From: Polyangiales bacterium
GTDB taxonomy: Bacteria; Myxococcota_A; Polyangia; Polyangiales; Ga0077539
Length of the DNA: 64,000 nucleotides
Direction of reading: 5' to 3'
Assembly (NCBI GenBank): GCA_046351535.1
Contig: JAXLYG010000023.1
Span: 1 to 64,000 of the forward strand
This document shows, in pieces, positions 63,683 through 64,000 of the stretch. The translations under genes were made by a program, and so were the position numbers. Position 1 is the first letter of the stretch. Every line of letters starts with the position of its first letter. The notes under the pieces are model-generated. The model had not been told where the DNA came from. It saw nothing but the letters and a program-made list of their open reading frames with translations, and made no database searches.

Positions 63683-63937
63683 CCCGCAGCGAGCGGCGCG
63701 TTCACGCCCGCTCCGTCCCATTCCCCCCAATCACCGCTTCGTCCGACCGGCACCGTGCGTGTCGGCGACGCACGCGTCGGAATCGTCCCTCCGTCTGCCC
63801 TGAATGTCATAGCCGCGGGTCGCACCACAGAGTCCGACCGCGCCCGACGGGAACACAGGGCGGGCATTCGGAGCGTGACGTCCGTCGCGCCTCCGTCGCG
63901 GTCTCCCATTCACTCGCTGACGAAAGGAGATCGTGCG

Positions 63938-64000
63938 ATGACCTCGCGCTGTTTCGTCGCGTGCGCGTTCGCGTGCGCGTGCTCTCTCGCGCTCTGGGGC
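63938..64000 (+). CDS. start of a secreted/lipoprotein gene (partial, runs off window end)
   Basis: AAGGAG SD followed by ATG at 63938 (MTSRCFVACAFACACSLALWG: signal-peptide-like). Only 21 codons are visible. Confidence 0.3.
   Translation, partial: MTSRCFVACAFACACSLALWG

Noticed and set aside
1-64000. rRNA or tRNA genes
   Set aside because: No stretch with rRNA-like conservation or a recognisable tRNA cloverleaf was found by eye. Only a tRNAscan or Infernal run can exclude them.

Overview
High-GC (~70%) chromosomal segment that reads like a Myxococcota (myxobacterial) genome: Cys-rich 'myxo' repeats, paralogous eukaryotic-like Ser/Thr kinases, a sigma-54 response regulator, a 1715-aa TPR protein, many lipoproteins and an orphan VgrG island. 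About 60 CDS, most on the minus strand. Conserved genes: recA, holA (DNA pol III delta), a hybrid sensor kinase, an M20 amidohydrolase, a fumarylacetoacetate hydrolase (FAH) family protein, a flavin reductase, a CapA-like protein, an M16 peptidase pair and a c-type cytochrome. Items for a second look: (1) a bacterial homolog of the eukaryotic major vault protein (819 aa) immediately upstream of a hybrid histidine kinase; (2) a PAAR-like (DUF4150) polymorphic toxin with a C-terminal HExxH metallopeptidase-like domain plus a putative immunity gene, convergent with a 4-gene orphan VgrG operon that carries a LysM/HExxH protein; (3) a lower-GC segment (48.9-52.4 kb) holding four ~91-bp imperfect inverted repeats bounded by RYYYAAC...GTTRRRY-like cores, each just downstream of a small minus-strand ORF, which is an integron-like cassette array (attC-like) with no integrase visible in the window; (4) an ~860-bp non-coding nested inverted-repeat/tandem-repeat element whose hairpin motif recurs elsewhere in the window; (5) a sigma-54 response regulator riddled with frameshifts, and a YceI gene with a single frameshift; (6) a lipoprotein combining myxobacterial Cys-rich repeats with a C-terminal NIDO domain; (7) a secreted prokaryotic phospholipase A2. 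No rRNA, tRNA or CRISPR array was recognised by eye. Gene starts were placed by locating ATG/GTG codons in the ORF-track frames and may be off by a few bases.
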